Part shown: positions 23,041 through 35,720 of the stretch, in pieces
Numbering within the stretch: the first letter of the stretch is position 1
Layout of the letters: each line of letters opens with the position of its first letter
Assembly: GCA_008632985.1 (NCBI GenBank)
Contig: QPGO01000009.1
Span: forward strand, 434,001 to 498,000
DNA length: 64,000 nucleotides
Origin: Psammoneis japonica
Lineage: Eukaryota
Direction: 5' to 3'
Position numbers and translations under genes: made by a program
The notes under the pieces: generated by a model
The model's database searches: none
Seen by the model: only the letters and a program-made list of their open reading frames with translations
What the model was told of the DNA's origin: nothing

Positions 23041-26000
23041 TTATGAAACGTGGCTCACAATGTATCACTTTTTGCCATCACGCTTTCAAGCATCTCCTTA
23101 GCTTGCAATGGAGTACAACCATTTTTCTTCATGTTGACACTCAACGTTTCCCAACTTGGAGAGTATCGATCATAACAACAAGACGGAGAAACCTTGTCCA
23201 AGTGGTCAGAGCAACCTTCACTTATACGAAAAGCCTCAATTATTTCCACGGATCTCTGCCCCTTCTCCTCTGCCGTAAAGCTGATTGCGTACAAAGAGTC
23301 CTGACCTCTCCATCAACTGTCCTGATAGATAAAAGACGGATCCAAGTTTCGTCGCTCATTGGCGCTAAGAGATCAAGGTTGGTGCAATTTCGTGTAGTCT
23401 TCGGAGGACCTTCAAATCATACAATATCAAATGATTCTCAAAAACCTGAGATACGTCAAAGAGCCACGGCAGCGATTGGCGGGTGAGCTCCTCTGGCTTC
23501 TGTTGTTGGGCTTGCCAGCTTCCATTATCGGTCCCATGAAATGAAACACTCCAAACCTTTACATATCAGGGACAGATTCTCATAAGACCGTGTTCAGCTA
23601 ATATGTCCATTTTCAATTTGACGCTTGGGTACTTTCAGCACCTACTAGTTCTCATTTGGGCATGGCGTGTTTCCCTCTTCGTCATCATTCGCTTCGAGAG
23701 ACTTGCCTCTTCGACGATACTCCTGAGCAATCGCCAGACCCAAGGCCATTTTTCTTTTTATCGTCTCAGTTGGAACAAAACGTCTTGCTTATAGAGGGTG
23801 CTACTAGTGAACGTCGCAAGCCGCAACCACGCGTTTGTCTATGGGAAATCTAATGAATTCCAGGTGCACCGCAAGCTTCTCACCGATATACCTTGACATT
23901 CCGTTCCCCACATGCCCATTGGTGAAGAACAAAATGTGCACTTGCGGAAGATTATTTCGTATCATTTTGGACGACCCTATCGACGTCTTTTCCTCTTGCA
24001 ATATCTTCAGGAAAAAGAAACATGGAATGGTACGACAAGTAATAAAGAGCAGCTTGCGGTGCGATGCTACGACGAGGGTGCTTTCACAATCAATGTTTGG
24101 ATCATTGTAGTCCAAGTGTGTATCTGGTGAAGGGCATCATTGTAAGGCTGCTCTATCTTGTACAACACTCGCATCATTGGCACTGTGAGCCGTTCTGCTT
24201 CTTCCTGATGGGCGGGATGGACCAAGAGAGGCCAATCATTGATGCAGAACAGACATCCCAAGTCCCACAACATAGTGGGATCAGGGAGAGAATGACAAAG
24301 ATGTGACTCTTCACTGTTCGCATTGCCGTTCCGCCTCCATTTCAAAGCCGGGTGCATGCTTTTTGTGGTTCGAAGCAGCGATCCTTTTTTCAGGGCATCC
24401 TTTTCCATTCCTGTTTTGATTTTTATAGTCTCGAGCACCGACTTGGAGAAGAGTTGAGGGTGTGACTGATCGATCCATGTGATGCCAAGCCCACTCACGC
24501 AACTTCCCAAAGGACGGAAAACTCCCGAAAAATTTCCTCACCCCCACAAACCCTTTTTGCCAGCCTTTTTTGGTCCCGTGCAAACCAAAACATGACGCCT
24601 AGATGCATGTGTGACAATGCCATGTTGGAGGCTCCACTTCACAAGTGGAAACCCACATGATTCCTTGATTGTCAGTCACAGTCAATGTGCAGCATCAATT
24701 GGTTTCCTTTGTTTGAACTTTCCATCTTGCAAGCACTGGAAATGTTGATTCTCAGTTGCAATGTCTGGCTCCAGTCAAATGCATGGCAACACACATTGTT
24801 CATTTTTTAAACTGAGCACAGAGTTAAAGAGCCCATGGCAAATAGAAGGGAACAGCAGAAGGAGGCATGGAAGCAGCTGCAGCAGCAGAGGAGCAGAAAG
24901 GCCACAGAACACAGTGCACGGGGCATTTTGCAGAAGGATTGGGAGACAAGAAGTCAGTGTGGAGAGAGGAGGTGAAGTGAAGGGCATGCATGGAAAAATG
25001 GCAAATGAGGTTGCAGCCAAGCTTTTGAACAGCCCAACAGGGAGGAGAAGCAGAGCGGTGTGCTGCCAAAGATGTCACACTGGAGAGGCGATCATTCCAG
25101 GCAAAATCAGCAGAAAGAAGAGGGGCAGACGGAGGTGTCAGGGTGCAGAGAAAGGCAGAGTGGGAAGCATCAGAGTTGCAAAGGCCAGAGGAGGAGGACC
25201 ATGGGTGCTTCAGATGGGAGCAGGCAGAGGAGAGCAAAGAGCTGAAGAGAAGTTAATGGCAAAAGCAAAAGCCACCAAGGTGGTCAATGGCAAAGGGAAG
25301 AAAGAAGATGCTGTCATTGTTGAGCAAAGCAGCAAAGGATCTGTCAGCAAAAGATGCAGAAGGTCCAAGAAACTTCAGCCTCCCACTTCATTGGTGTGCT
25401 GTGCCTCAGTTGAAATGGGAGAAGAGGGAGCAGGCAGACCAGGAGGAGGATGAGAAGGAGCTGGGGGAATGGTGCACATTGACAGCAGTGCAACAGCAGT
25501 GGGAGGGAGCCAAAAGAGAAGCTGGGGTTGCATGGAAATGCCAACATCAGCAGGGCAGAGAAGCAGATGGGCGGGAAGCAGATTTGCACGCTCAAGGTGA
25601 GCACCCTTTTGGAGGAATGGCAGAGCTTGGCAAAGGGCCCAAAGGTCTGGGACACAATGAACAGGGTGTCCCAGAGGCCACTGGAGAGTTTGGATTGTTT
25701 GTGGCCCCATTGGCCAGAGAAGGCATGATTGCCACACAAGTGCTGAGGATGGCACAACCACAGGGACAGAGATTGTGGCAAGGGAAGGAGGAAGGACTGG
25801 GAGATGAGTTTGCACTGGGTGGCAACAACAATGCAGGTGCATTGGAGAGGCAAGACAGGAGCTCTGGAAGTGGCAGGAGAAGAGAAGGAGTGAAGAGGGG
25901 GAGGCAGTTGGTGGAAACAGGGGGAGAGAAGGCAGGGAATCTGCACATTAGAAGGAGAACCAGCTGGGGCGGCAGCAACCACTTGCTGCTGGTGAACATG

Positions 26001-26939
26001 ACATGGATGGCATGCCAAGCTGGGGACTGGGGAAAGCATCAGACTTGACAAGAGCAGCCAAGAGGACAAAGTGGAAAGGGAGGAGGCAGAAGCAAGAGCG
26101 GGAGCACAGTGGCAGAACATTGTGCATGCAGAGGCTCAGGGTTGAACAGGAAGGGCTGCATGGAATGCACCTTCATTTGGAACCAAGTCTGGGAAAAAGT
26201 TGATGCTGCACCCGCAACACATGGGAGAGGCTGCATCTCAGCAAACGCTGGATCCAACTAAAGATTCTGCCAACTGACACCCGGGATTTGTTCTTCTGCT
26301 GGAACTGCCTCCAACTCTTCCTGGTCTTTCTGTTTTGTTTTTCTTTGAAGTCTTCCAGCATCTTTGCCACTCCTCCCCACTCACACCCCCCAAATCTTGC
26401 TCAAGTCTGTGCACAACTTTGAGAGCACCCCGGATCTTGTTCAGTTTGTGCACAACTTCAAGAGCCACAAGCATCTTGGCAAACTTCTTGTTTTGACACT
26501 TGCCAGAGCTGCTGATGACTGTGTTGAGAAAGCTGCTGTCTTTGGCAAGAAAGGCAGGAGCTGGAAAGCGAGCCCCCCACAACAGAAGTGACTGGGCCTT
26601 TTTGTGCTCCCCCCTGGTTTGCACTCGTGATGAGGTTGTGAGAATTGGCTGAGACAGCTCAACTCATCCAGCAAGGAGACTGCCGTCAACGGGCCTTTTC
26701 TTGTGCACAAGAGCTGCTGCCAGCTGGCTGGAGCAGCCACCAGCTAGCTGGCAGCTAGCTGGCAGAGACGCGCACTGTGGACGAGCTTGCTCGCAGGTCA
26801 AAAGTGCTTGATGCATTGTTTGAAAATGTCGAACACCTCAAAATGCTTGCTCCGGCATTAATTTGACAATCATGAATCATCGAACTCACAATTTTACAAG
26901 CTGCTTGTGCTGCTGTGAATGACGACAACAACGATGCAT

Positions 26940-28673
26940 TCGCCCAGGGCATTTCTTTTGGGTTGCTTGTCACTGCCAGCTTCCTTTGTTCCAGTGGCAC
27001 AGCAAAAGAAGTTCATTCAATTGAAGGCATCAGCAGTGGCTCAATTGTTGGAAACAATGACAATGCCAAGAATCAAGAACTTGATGATGTTGCCACCGAA
27101 TGTCATCGCCACGAGGACAGGAACATGAGTCGTTTGGTTTCCAGTCATCATTTGTCAGCACCATCACACAAGCTCACTCCCGTGAGGGGGCACAGCAATT
27201 TTGGTGGAGAACTGTTGGATGGAAAGCTGCATTTCATGTGCAGGAAGCATGCTCACACGAAGATGCATGCGTGTGATTGTTTGACTCAAAAAGCTGAAAT
27301 CGTCGAGGGTGTAGAGAGGAGTCCATGTTGTGGTGTTCTTCCTGAATCACTGATGGCAATGAATGGAAAACTGCACTTTGTCACTCCTGGGAATAGAGGG
27401 GCCCAGCTTTGGGTGCATGATCCCATTTGAGACACAACGCAAAAGCTTGCAAATTCTGTGCACCAGCATGTCGCATCCACCACAACACCAGTGGACGGAA
27501 AGCTCTGCTTTATTCACTCAAAGAAGCATGATGTGGCTGCGTGTGACCCTGAGACTAACTCGATTCAAAGAGTGTTTTGGCCCATGAAACTTGACAGTCC
27601 CCACCCCTGCAGGAGTTTGACGTCAAAAGATGGAAAATTGCATCTCCAAGGCCATGGCAATCTCCTTGTGCATGACATGGAGAAGACCAAAACTAAGAAG
27701 GTTAAACTGGAGTCTTCGACAATGACTCCCTTTGATGGAAAGTTTTGCTTCTTAAACGCAAGAAGAAATTTTGGGGGGAACAGATGTTTGACATTCGGGA
27801 GCAAGATCAAAGAGTGACTCCACCAGGGTGCTCGCCAGCTACAAGTCAGTGCAAAAACTTGCAGCATCAGGTGGCAAGTTGTGTTTCATTGCCCAAGACA
27901 AGCAAGAAAACTTGCTTTTCGCATGCGATCCCATCGCAGACACACTTGGTGTGATGTCGATTCCTGACAGGAAGCTGTGTTGTCTTTCAGCCAAGCATGA
28001 TGACAAGTTGCTTTTCAAAGGCATGAATTCCACTTGGCTTTACCACACAACCAACGAGACCAATGGTGGCAATGCTGATGGAGATGGTGTGTCAGACGAC
28101 ATTGACAACTGCTCGCTTGTTCCCAATGCTGATCAAATCAACTCTGATGGCAACGGCACAGGGGATGCTTGCACTGGCTGTCCATTCCTCTGCACTGTGA
28201 AACCTGGTGCCAACATGGGTGTTTTGAAGGTTGATGCATCACCAGGTCAATGCAAAGATTTTTCTTGCCCTGCGCACTTGTCACAAAAGTGTGCCAATCC
28301 CAAATGAGGGCTTTCTCTTCTTGTGACCAACTGTGAAGGCAACGGCACGTTGGTTTCAGATGCTCTGTTGGCAGGTGGACGCAAACCTGAGCTGGTGCGG
28401 ATTCTGAAGTTTGATGATGCGGGCTCAACACTGGTGGACACGGGCTTTGAAGGTGGGAAAATGAGACAAGGTGCAACAAATGAGCAACGTGGCAAGTGGA
28501 AGCATGATGTTGATCTGAAGGATCTTGAAGGTGCTGGGTGTTGCGCAGCCAAATTCAAGGTCTGTCAGCCTGACGGATGGGTCGTGCATGCAAAATCAGC
28601 ATTTGAGACAAGACAGCAAGCTCATCATGAGGCAGAGAGAAAGAATGCACTTTTGATTGCAACAGCTTTCTAA
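26940..28673 (+). pseudogene. Secreted beta-propeller (ELWxxDGT-like repeats) + thrombospondin type-3 repeat protein pseudogene
   Basis: Six GK(L/F)[H/C](F/L) repeats, PESLMAMNGKLHF...QLWVHDP, and [32 protein letters not shown]. Frameshifts present. Confidence 0.65.
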
Positions 28674-29289
28674 ACACAAAACTTGACACAACAGGTCCAA
28701 CAATGAAATCATTGAACAAAACATCAGAGTTTCCTGGACTGCCAAGCTGCCTTTTCTCAATTTTCTTGTCCAAAAGTCCGTGAATTTATTCTGATGCATC
28801 GCATTCAAGTGGAAGTTGTTTTCTCATTCGTTCATTGGCGACGGAGGCACTTTGGATGCATCAATGGGACTCAGCAGATTGAAAAATCCAATTTCCAAAA
28901 GACAGCCCCACACACTTTTCGCTCCGCCCTTGCTGGCTGCTTCAACGGGATCATCGGGAAACACCTTGAGATTGAATCCATGCTCAGTTCAATCCAAAAA
29001 TTGCACAATTTCAAGAGCCGCCACCCATGAAGCTTGGTCATGCCTGTTTGTCCCAGCTGTCCACAACCATGGATGGGTGCAGAGCATCAATGCACGAGTG
29101 CAATTGCAGTCACAATTCCATGGGGTTCTGTTTTGTGGGGCAGTTTTTTGGTGGTTGGGTGCAGTTGACAGTGTTGTCAACCCACGTTCTGGTCCAGAAC
29201 AGCCTTCGCCACTTCAACAGCAGTCAGCAATTGTCATTTAAAGTCTGCATCCTTGGCCTGCGCTGATTCCAGGGACCGTGTGAACCATC

Positions 29290-30150
29290 TGGTTAGATGA
29301 GGGAAATGGGGAGTTGGTCTGTTAAATTGGTGCGCACACTCTTCCTCAATTCTTCCATCCAAAACACAATTCTCTGCAAGTGTTGACTCCGATGTTGGCG
29401 AGCTTGCTGTTGCATGCAATGTCTCCACATGTCCCACGCTGTGTTCCACAGTTGTTCAATCAGGCCGGACAGCCATCGGAGACCCGTGTTGTGACAGTCC
29501 AAAGATTTGCAGCAGGCTTGTTGCATCTCAACCAGCCCACCACGAAACCCCCCCTGAAAAGTGAGCCAGGGCCCGCTTCCATTTGTTCATCCAACAGAGC
29601 CTGCACCTGTTCATTGTCTGACATGCATGCACCTGTGACTCCCCTGTGGCACCATTGGTCTAGAAACTGCACTGTTGCTTTCTGGAGGTCCGGTTCTGTT
29701 TGTTGCTTCTGCAGCCATCTGTCCAATTCCTCTGTCTTTTTCCTCCACAGTGCTCGGGCTTGCAACTTGGGGCAGCAGGCTGCATGATCAATGCTCCTTT
29801 CAGGGTCTTCACAATGAGAGCATGCCGGTGCAAGGACTTTCTTCCAATGTTCCATGTTCTTGATGACGGAGACAAAGATGGTTGCCCATTTCGGTTCCCA
29901 CAATCATCTGAACATCGGGGTTTGCTGCACGGCTTTCCCCAGTGCTTCCCAGTCTGTTTCTGCATGCACTGGACTTGAGCAAAGCTTCTTTGACCAGTGT
30001 TGACGAGCAGCTGGTCCACAAATGTGGTCAAGCAGTCTTGGCCTGTCCCAGCACAGTGGCACTTCCCTTTGGAGTCTCACCGCCATCGCAGCTGTTCTGG
30101 CATTTTGCAATGATCCAATTCCAGCTCAGCCTTTAAGGAGGGTTGTCCCC
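29290..30150 (-). mobile_element. Diatom non-LTR (LINE) retrotransposon relic, C-terminal region
   Basis: DWEALGKA, ACSHCEDPERSIDHAACCP (CCHC-like), and WLSGLIEQLWNTAWDMWRH. Confidence 0.75.
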
Positions 30151-31318
30151 GCATTCATCCTGGAATTGCCATGGCATTTGAACAAGGATGTTTGTGGTGT
30201 TTATTTTTGAATGCAAAAATTGTTTAGTGTCACCCCTGATCACGCAAAACACAGTGGTCGCCCACAATCACACGGTGTGCATGTGACCTTTGAACAACAA
30301 CAAACACAAAACAGACAAGAGTTGGCAGACAGACCACCTCCATCACAGACTTGTGGCTTGATGTTTTCACCATGGTGAAGCACAGTGAAATTCAGGACAA
30401 ATCATGCAAATCACGAACTGTTCGGCCAAATTTGAGCTAAAAAAAGTGACAAATGACCCCCCCTTGACGCTTCCAACACATGCTCTTGCGAGGAGATCAT
30501 TTCAACATTCAGTTGCTCCATTGGAGCAACTGATTTGCAGTCACAACCTGGCATGATGCTGACTGATCTTAGATCGCACGCCTTGCACAGGTCCTGCAAG
30601 CAACAAAGCATTCCATAAACCCCCCCCCCCCCCAGGCTCACTGCGGCAGGCCGCAATGTCCTCCTCTCTTCCTGGTGTCTGATTCTCTCCCCTGTGTTGG
30701 TGAGAGTGTCCAAAACTTGGCAACAGGATCATTGCCACTGTTGCAAGAGATTCTTTGAATGGCACCCATCTGTTGCACTGGCAGCAGCACCGGCTGCATG
30801 CCCTGAAGAAGTGGCTCAATCGGTGGTGCCAAGTTGCATGGAATGTGGCACCATTTGAACTCCTGGTTTGTTGGTTCTGGAGGCAGTGTCTCACATGTTC
30901 CTGTGTGAGCAATTCGTTGTTCTGCTCCTTCCACTTGAGAGGGCAATGCCTCATCAGACAGTGAGCTGACCACAGCAGCAAAGTGACAAAACCATTTTCA
31001 TTGTCTGTTCTTTGTCCAGTTTGTTGTGCACTTGGTCTTCTCTTTCCAAGCATGTCCACACGTGCTCAGCTTCAGCAGCCCATTTTCCCAGTGGTCTTCA
31101 GAGTTTGAGGTTTGGGTTTTGACCAGGGAAAAGACAACACGTCACAAGAGCCTCCTGCCACAGTCTCCAGCTCATGGTTGATGGGAAGCAAGCTTTTGGC
31201 CATTCACGTGGGCTGGTGCATTTTTTGTTTCCTGTCCCAGCGGCCCTCTAAAATGTGGCAGCCGTCTCCTGAAGTTACATCCGAGATGCACAGAGCATTG
31301 ACCTGCAGGCAGCACAGG

Positions 31319-31600
31319 TCAATTCTTTGAAGATGCTCCCCTCTGCAGCCGTTGGATGAGATCACATCCATGAGAAAGGAATCTTGCTCTCATTGCAATG
31401 GAATTGGTTTCTGCGGTGAGACCAAACACATGCCACACAAGTGGCAGAACTCCCACAGCAATTTTGCCCAGGCATTGGCAGCCAGTGGTGCCATTTTCTT
31501 GCAATTTTGCTGGTGCATCTGCCCCGGGGGGTTCCCATTTCCAGTTGCATGTTTGATGGGTTCCAGCCCCAGGTGGGAGTCCTTGTGACATTTCACCTGT
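31319..31600 (-). mobile_element. LINE reverse-transcriptase core relic
   Basis: SQGLPPGAG resembles QGxxQGNG, and a degenerate DDxDLIQ-like segment follows. Confidence 0.4.
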
Positions 31601-32599
31601 AGAATTCTGCGTGCGAGCTCTGCAGTGAATTTGTCAAGCAATGAAAATGTGAATGATCACCAACAGAAAAAGAGGCAATTTTTACGAACGTGTCTCCTCC
31701 TCCACACTTGGAGCACATCATTGGCAGTTTGCCTGGGTGCATTCCACAGACATTAAAGAACACGCCCAGCACATTTTCACTCTCACAAATGTTGAAAATA
31801 GAGAGCCTTTGGCTTTGAAAAACAGGGAGCATGAAACAATTTTGCAGAATGTCACATGCAGAAACGTGCACATGCAACATGCAACACGATAAAAAAAAAC
31901 TGTTGATGTCACAGCTCAGCAGTGCAAGGTCCCACCCAGAGCTGGAGCACATCATTTTTGTGCACAACAGGAGCTGACTGTTGTCCTGTCATCGAGGGAG
32001 AGTCGGCTTCCTAAAGGCATGCTTCCAGTTTCAGCCAGGCTTGGGGTTTCAGGGGGGGAGATTTTTCAACAAAATGGGGAATCTCCTAGATGAAAAAGCG
32101 GGGGCCCAGATTTTGGAAAGCACTGAGAAGAGATGATCAAATGAACCTAAAAAGCTCCAACTGTGTTGGCACCTGGACTGACCTGTCATTGCATGCCAGG
32201 AACAGAGACAGCCTCATCTTGTCCAAAAAATTCTTATTTGGTTTTCATTGAACAAGTTCCCCAGCAGAGAAAACACACATTGCTTGAGCTTCATCACCCA
32301 CACCAATGGGGATGATTGCACGTGGGCATGGGAGGAGCTGCAGGTGGAAGCGGTGGCTTGCCACCAGATGGTTCATCTGCACAACAGGCGTGTCTTCCGC
32401 CATCACATCTTTTTTGTTGTCCCTTGTTGTCCCTTGTTGTCTCTTGTCTGTGTGCCATGTCAGTGCTCACTGGTGCAGTGCCGGTGCCACCATGCTTGCC
32501 ACTTGCTGTTCGATGGTGCACCGTGCGCTGCGCGTGCGATGCAGCACTCACAACCCCCGTGTCTCCAGACAAAATAAACTGCCCCCCCCTGCTCCCCCC

Positions 32600-33210
32600 T
32601 AAAACCCTGAGCCCAGTTTCAGCAAGCCCTGAAGAACATGGATTTCTGGTGCTCCAAGTCCATTGCATTTTTTTGGTGCAAACATGCCTTCCTGGGGAAT
32701 GATCTCGGGTGTCCAAGGGCCTGCAGTGCCGCCTCGAACAGAGGCTTCGGTGCAATCTTGCAGGCTTTTTATGTGAGGGAGGTTGCAGCCAGAGGGCATT
32801 CAATGAACTGCGCTGCTCCTCCGGTGAGGGAGATCCATGACTCCATTCCATTTGGGTGCCCGCGTCTCACCCGATCTGCCGCCACTTCTCCACCTTGGCC
32901 ATTGATGCCTCTCCACTTGTCGCTCAGTGCATCCGTTCATGGCAACCCATGCTCCCAGTGTTTCCTCCGCTTCCCACTCCTCCAGCCATCTGATGGTGGT
33001 TCGGTTGCCTTCATGGTCGAGCAGCACGGCAATGTCGCCAGGTGTCTCAGCTGCTGTTGGCAAGATTGAGCCCACACTCAAACTCCATTTCGAGCCCCTT
33101 TGTCTTTGGATGGGTCCGCACAATGGGAGGATTGCAGGCCTTCCTCATTGGCAAAAGATGGCGTCCGACACTTGGGCTGTTCCAGGAGGACAAAGATGAT
33201 GGCCTGAAGC
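32600..33210 (-). mobile_element. LINE relic, post-RT region
   Basis: LEEWEAEETLGAWVAMNG and FAPKKCNGLGAPEIHVLQGLLKL match diatom LINE ORF2 segments. Confidence 0.65.
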
Positions 33211-33612
33211 AGCGAGGGAGAGCGATGGTTTTTGTTTACGGTGCGGCCGGCGCCGCGAGAGAAAGTGAGAGCTCTTTTGGATCATTCAAATGCGAGGGTG
33301 CACGGGAGATTTCGCGCATTCCGGGTGATGATTCGGTGTTGGCCGCCCGCCACACAGGTTCGTTGTCGTTACCGCATGCATGTAAGGGTCCTGCTGTAGA
33401 AATTAGTATGACATACTCAGCAATAGAAACGATTGAAAATGCGAAGAGTGGCGACGAGAGGAGCCAATCAGAAGTCGTCAAGTCATCGTGCGTACGTTTC
33501 CATACACCACGTACTTACGTGAACTGTACGGCCTTTTCAGTACAAAGTACATTTTTGTGTTGTCCTGCCTCTTGGCTGCAAAGCCAAAGCGACGCAAGCA
33601 ACTCCCACCACA

Positions 33613-34739
33613 ATGAACGCCTCTCACGGCAAGAGCAAACGAAGAAGCATGGGTCTCTTTTCGAAAAAGTCCAAGTCAAAGTCCAAATCGACGAGCAAGT
33701 CGTCTGGTAAGCAAGGCTCTGATTCAGAGACCTTTAAAGCCCAGGCAATCTCTCACATCAGGCTGAAGAGCAACATGAGAGTGGCGACGCTTGACGAGAG
33801 CTTGCATACGACCTATTACAAGGACGGTATGGACCCGTCTTCCGACCACTCGGCGGGTCCAGTAGCGCACGAGCCGACGATTAAATTTGCTAGTGTTAAA
33901 ATTCGAGAATACGAACGAGTAGTAGGAGACAATCCTGTGAGTATTGACACCGACGGGAAGATATGCTTCGTGGGAGACATTCAACGAAACTTGTTGAAGT
34001 TCACTCACCTCCCACCCATTTCCCTCCTGTTTTTCACTTATTTACAGTCGTGTTCAGCTGGTGTTCCAGTAAGGTAAGAATCGGTGACATTTGTGCATCG
34101 CTATGGTGTTTTCAGCCTCTTGTTGAAGAGAATCCCATGGTGAAAGGGGCGGGGGTACATCAACTTCCATGAATTCTTGGGAATTTTGGAGCTTTGTGAC
34201 GTCATGTATTTAATTTTGAGTGCCTGTTCTTTGTCAAGTCCGTTAAACAGACGTGACGCGTGGGGCTATTTTAAGCAGACGAATTCTGCTTGTCTTGCCG
34301 TCTACCCTTCATTTTTTTCTCTCTCTCATCTATCCGTCTGCTTCTTTGCTCGTTGTGTTGACTCAGCATCGGATGGCAGTATGATTCAAGGCCAATCGAA
34401 ATGCCAGTAGATGAATACGAAAGCTCTAGACCCGCACGTCGGACCCCGACGCAAATGTTACTTCCACGCAGCGTTCGTGAGTCAATGTTGAAGAAGGAAT
34501 GGGGCGCCAAACAAGGGGATATCGCAGCGGCGGTGCGAGCCAATATTAAGGTGAAGAATCAGCGACGTAGAACTGTGACAAATCTGAGTAAAGGTACCGA
34601 AAAGGTCGAGGAACGAATGGAAAATGTATCGAAGAAGTTTAAGAAGTCGCTGACTTTTGGGAAGTCAAAGGAACTGAGCAGCTATGAGTATGATACGGGT
34701 GAAGATATGGAAAGCACCATGTCGGATGATTCGCAGTAA
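33613..34739 (+). CDS. Diatom-specific hypothetical protein; exons 33613-33936, 34048-34073, 34367-34739
   Basis: Splicing two GT-AG introns gives VKIREYERVVGDNP-SCSAGVPV-SIGWQY...VDEYESSR, a motif family common in diatoms. Confidence 0.8.
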
Positions 34740-35720
34740 CACTTTTGTAGCCATCCCTGTGGAGGAGCAGGGCAATGGGTATGGCTTGTCAAAATTCTCT
34801 ATGTATTTCATGATGGATCCGTGAGTCCGACGTTGGGCCACGCGTTCGCTCGTCGGTTGTTAGTTCTATACGGAAATGACACCGACAACTTCAGGCCAGT
34901 TTCAATATCCTTTCCACATCTCTCAGTGGGGATCATTCTTGGTTTCTACTGGCCAATTTTGACAGCTCGGTTGCTTCCCACAAGCGATCGAGTCCTTTTC
35001 GAGTTCATACATTTTAAAACGCACTGTAAACTACCATCAGGAGAGTTATCACTAGAGTTCAGTGTTTTTGTTTTCGATGGCGTTGGCCGATTTCACTGGC
35101 CTCGATATTCATTTCTGACGCGCGGAGCCGTCCAAAATGCTTCCTAAAACACTCGAGTCGGAAACAGGGCGGTGTAAAGGAACGTTGAGCTCTCCATCCA
35201 TATCCTGTTTAGTTTGACAAAGGTAACGCAGAGACACGACGCTCCATCCTGAGCGTTTTCATGACGGCACGTCGTAGCTTCAAATCAGAGGAACAGCGCA
35301 CATTGAGACCTATCACAGTACGGTACCGGTTGTACCGGTATGATCTCCGTCATCTGCGCAGAAGCGATTTGCGATTGTATGATCTCTTTCAACTGCGCAG
35401 AAGTGATTTACGAGCAACAATACGGATAGTGTAGCTGGTATAGTACTGTAGCAGGAGCTAGTAGAAGTACTTAGAAAAGGCACAAGCCAGCAAAATCGAG
35501 TCGTTGTCCTGCTCACTACGTCACCGTAATGAGGCTACTACAATAACACGGGAATCAGAAAAATCAAGATTGTAAGATTTGTTAACCACCTTGTAACGTC
35601 AGCCAGCTGTAATAAGTCGAACTCTCTATTCGCCGAGACCTTTCACCGACTGCTGGATCTAATAGTGCCATGCAACGTGCAGCCTTGCTACTACTCGTCG
35701 CTTTGACTTCTGCTTTGGCT

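Larger units (their letters stand above)
24510..33390. other. TpA-depleted hypermutated domain 3
   Basis: TA is nearly absent over ~8.9 kb, and the domain contains LINE pieces and a dead secreted-protein gene. Confidence 0.85.

Noticed and set aside
23055..24510. Intact gene on the minus strand
   Set aside because: Coding-like but broken into several short frames with no recognisable family, so it is left uncalled.
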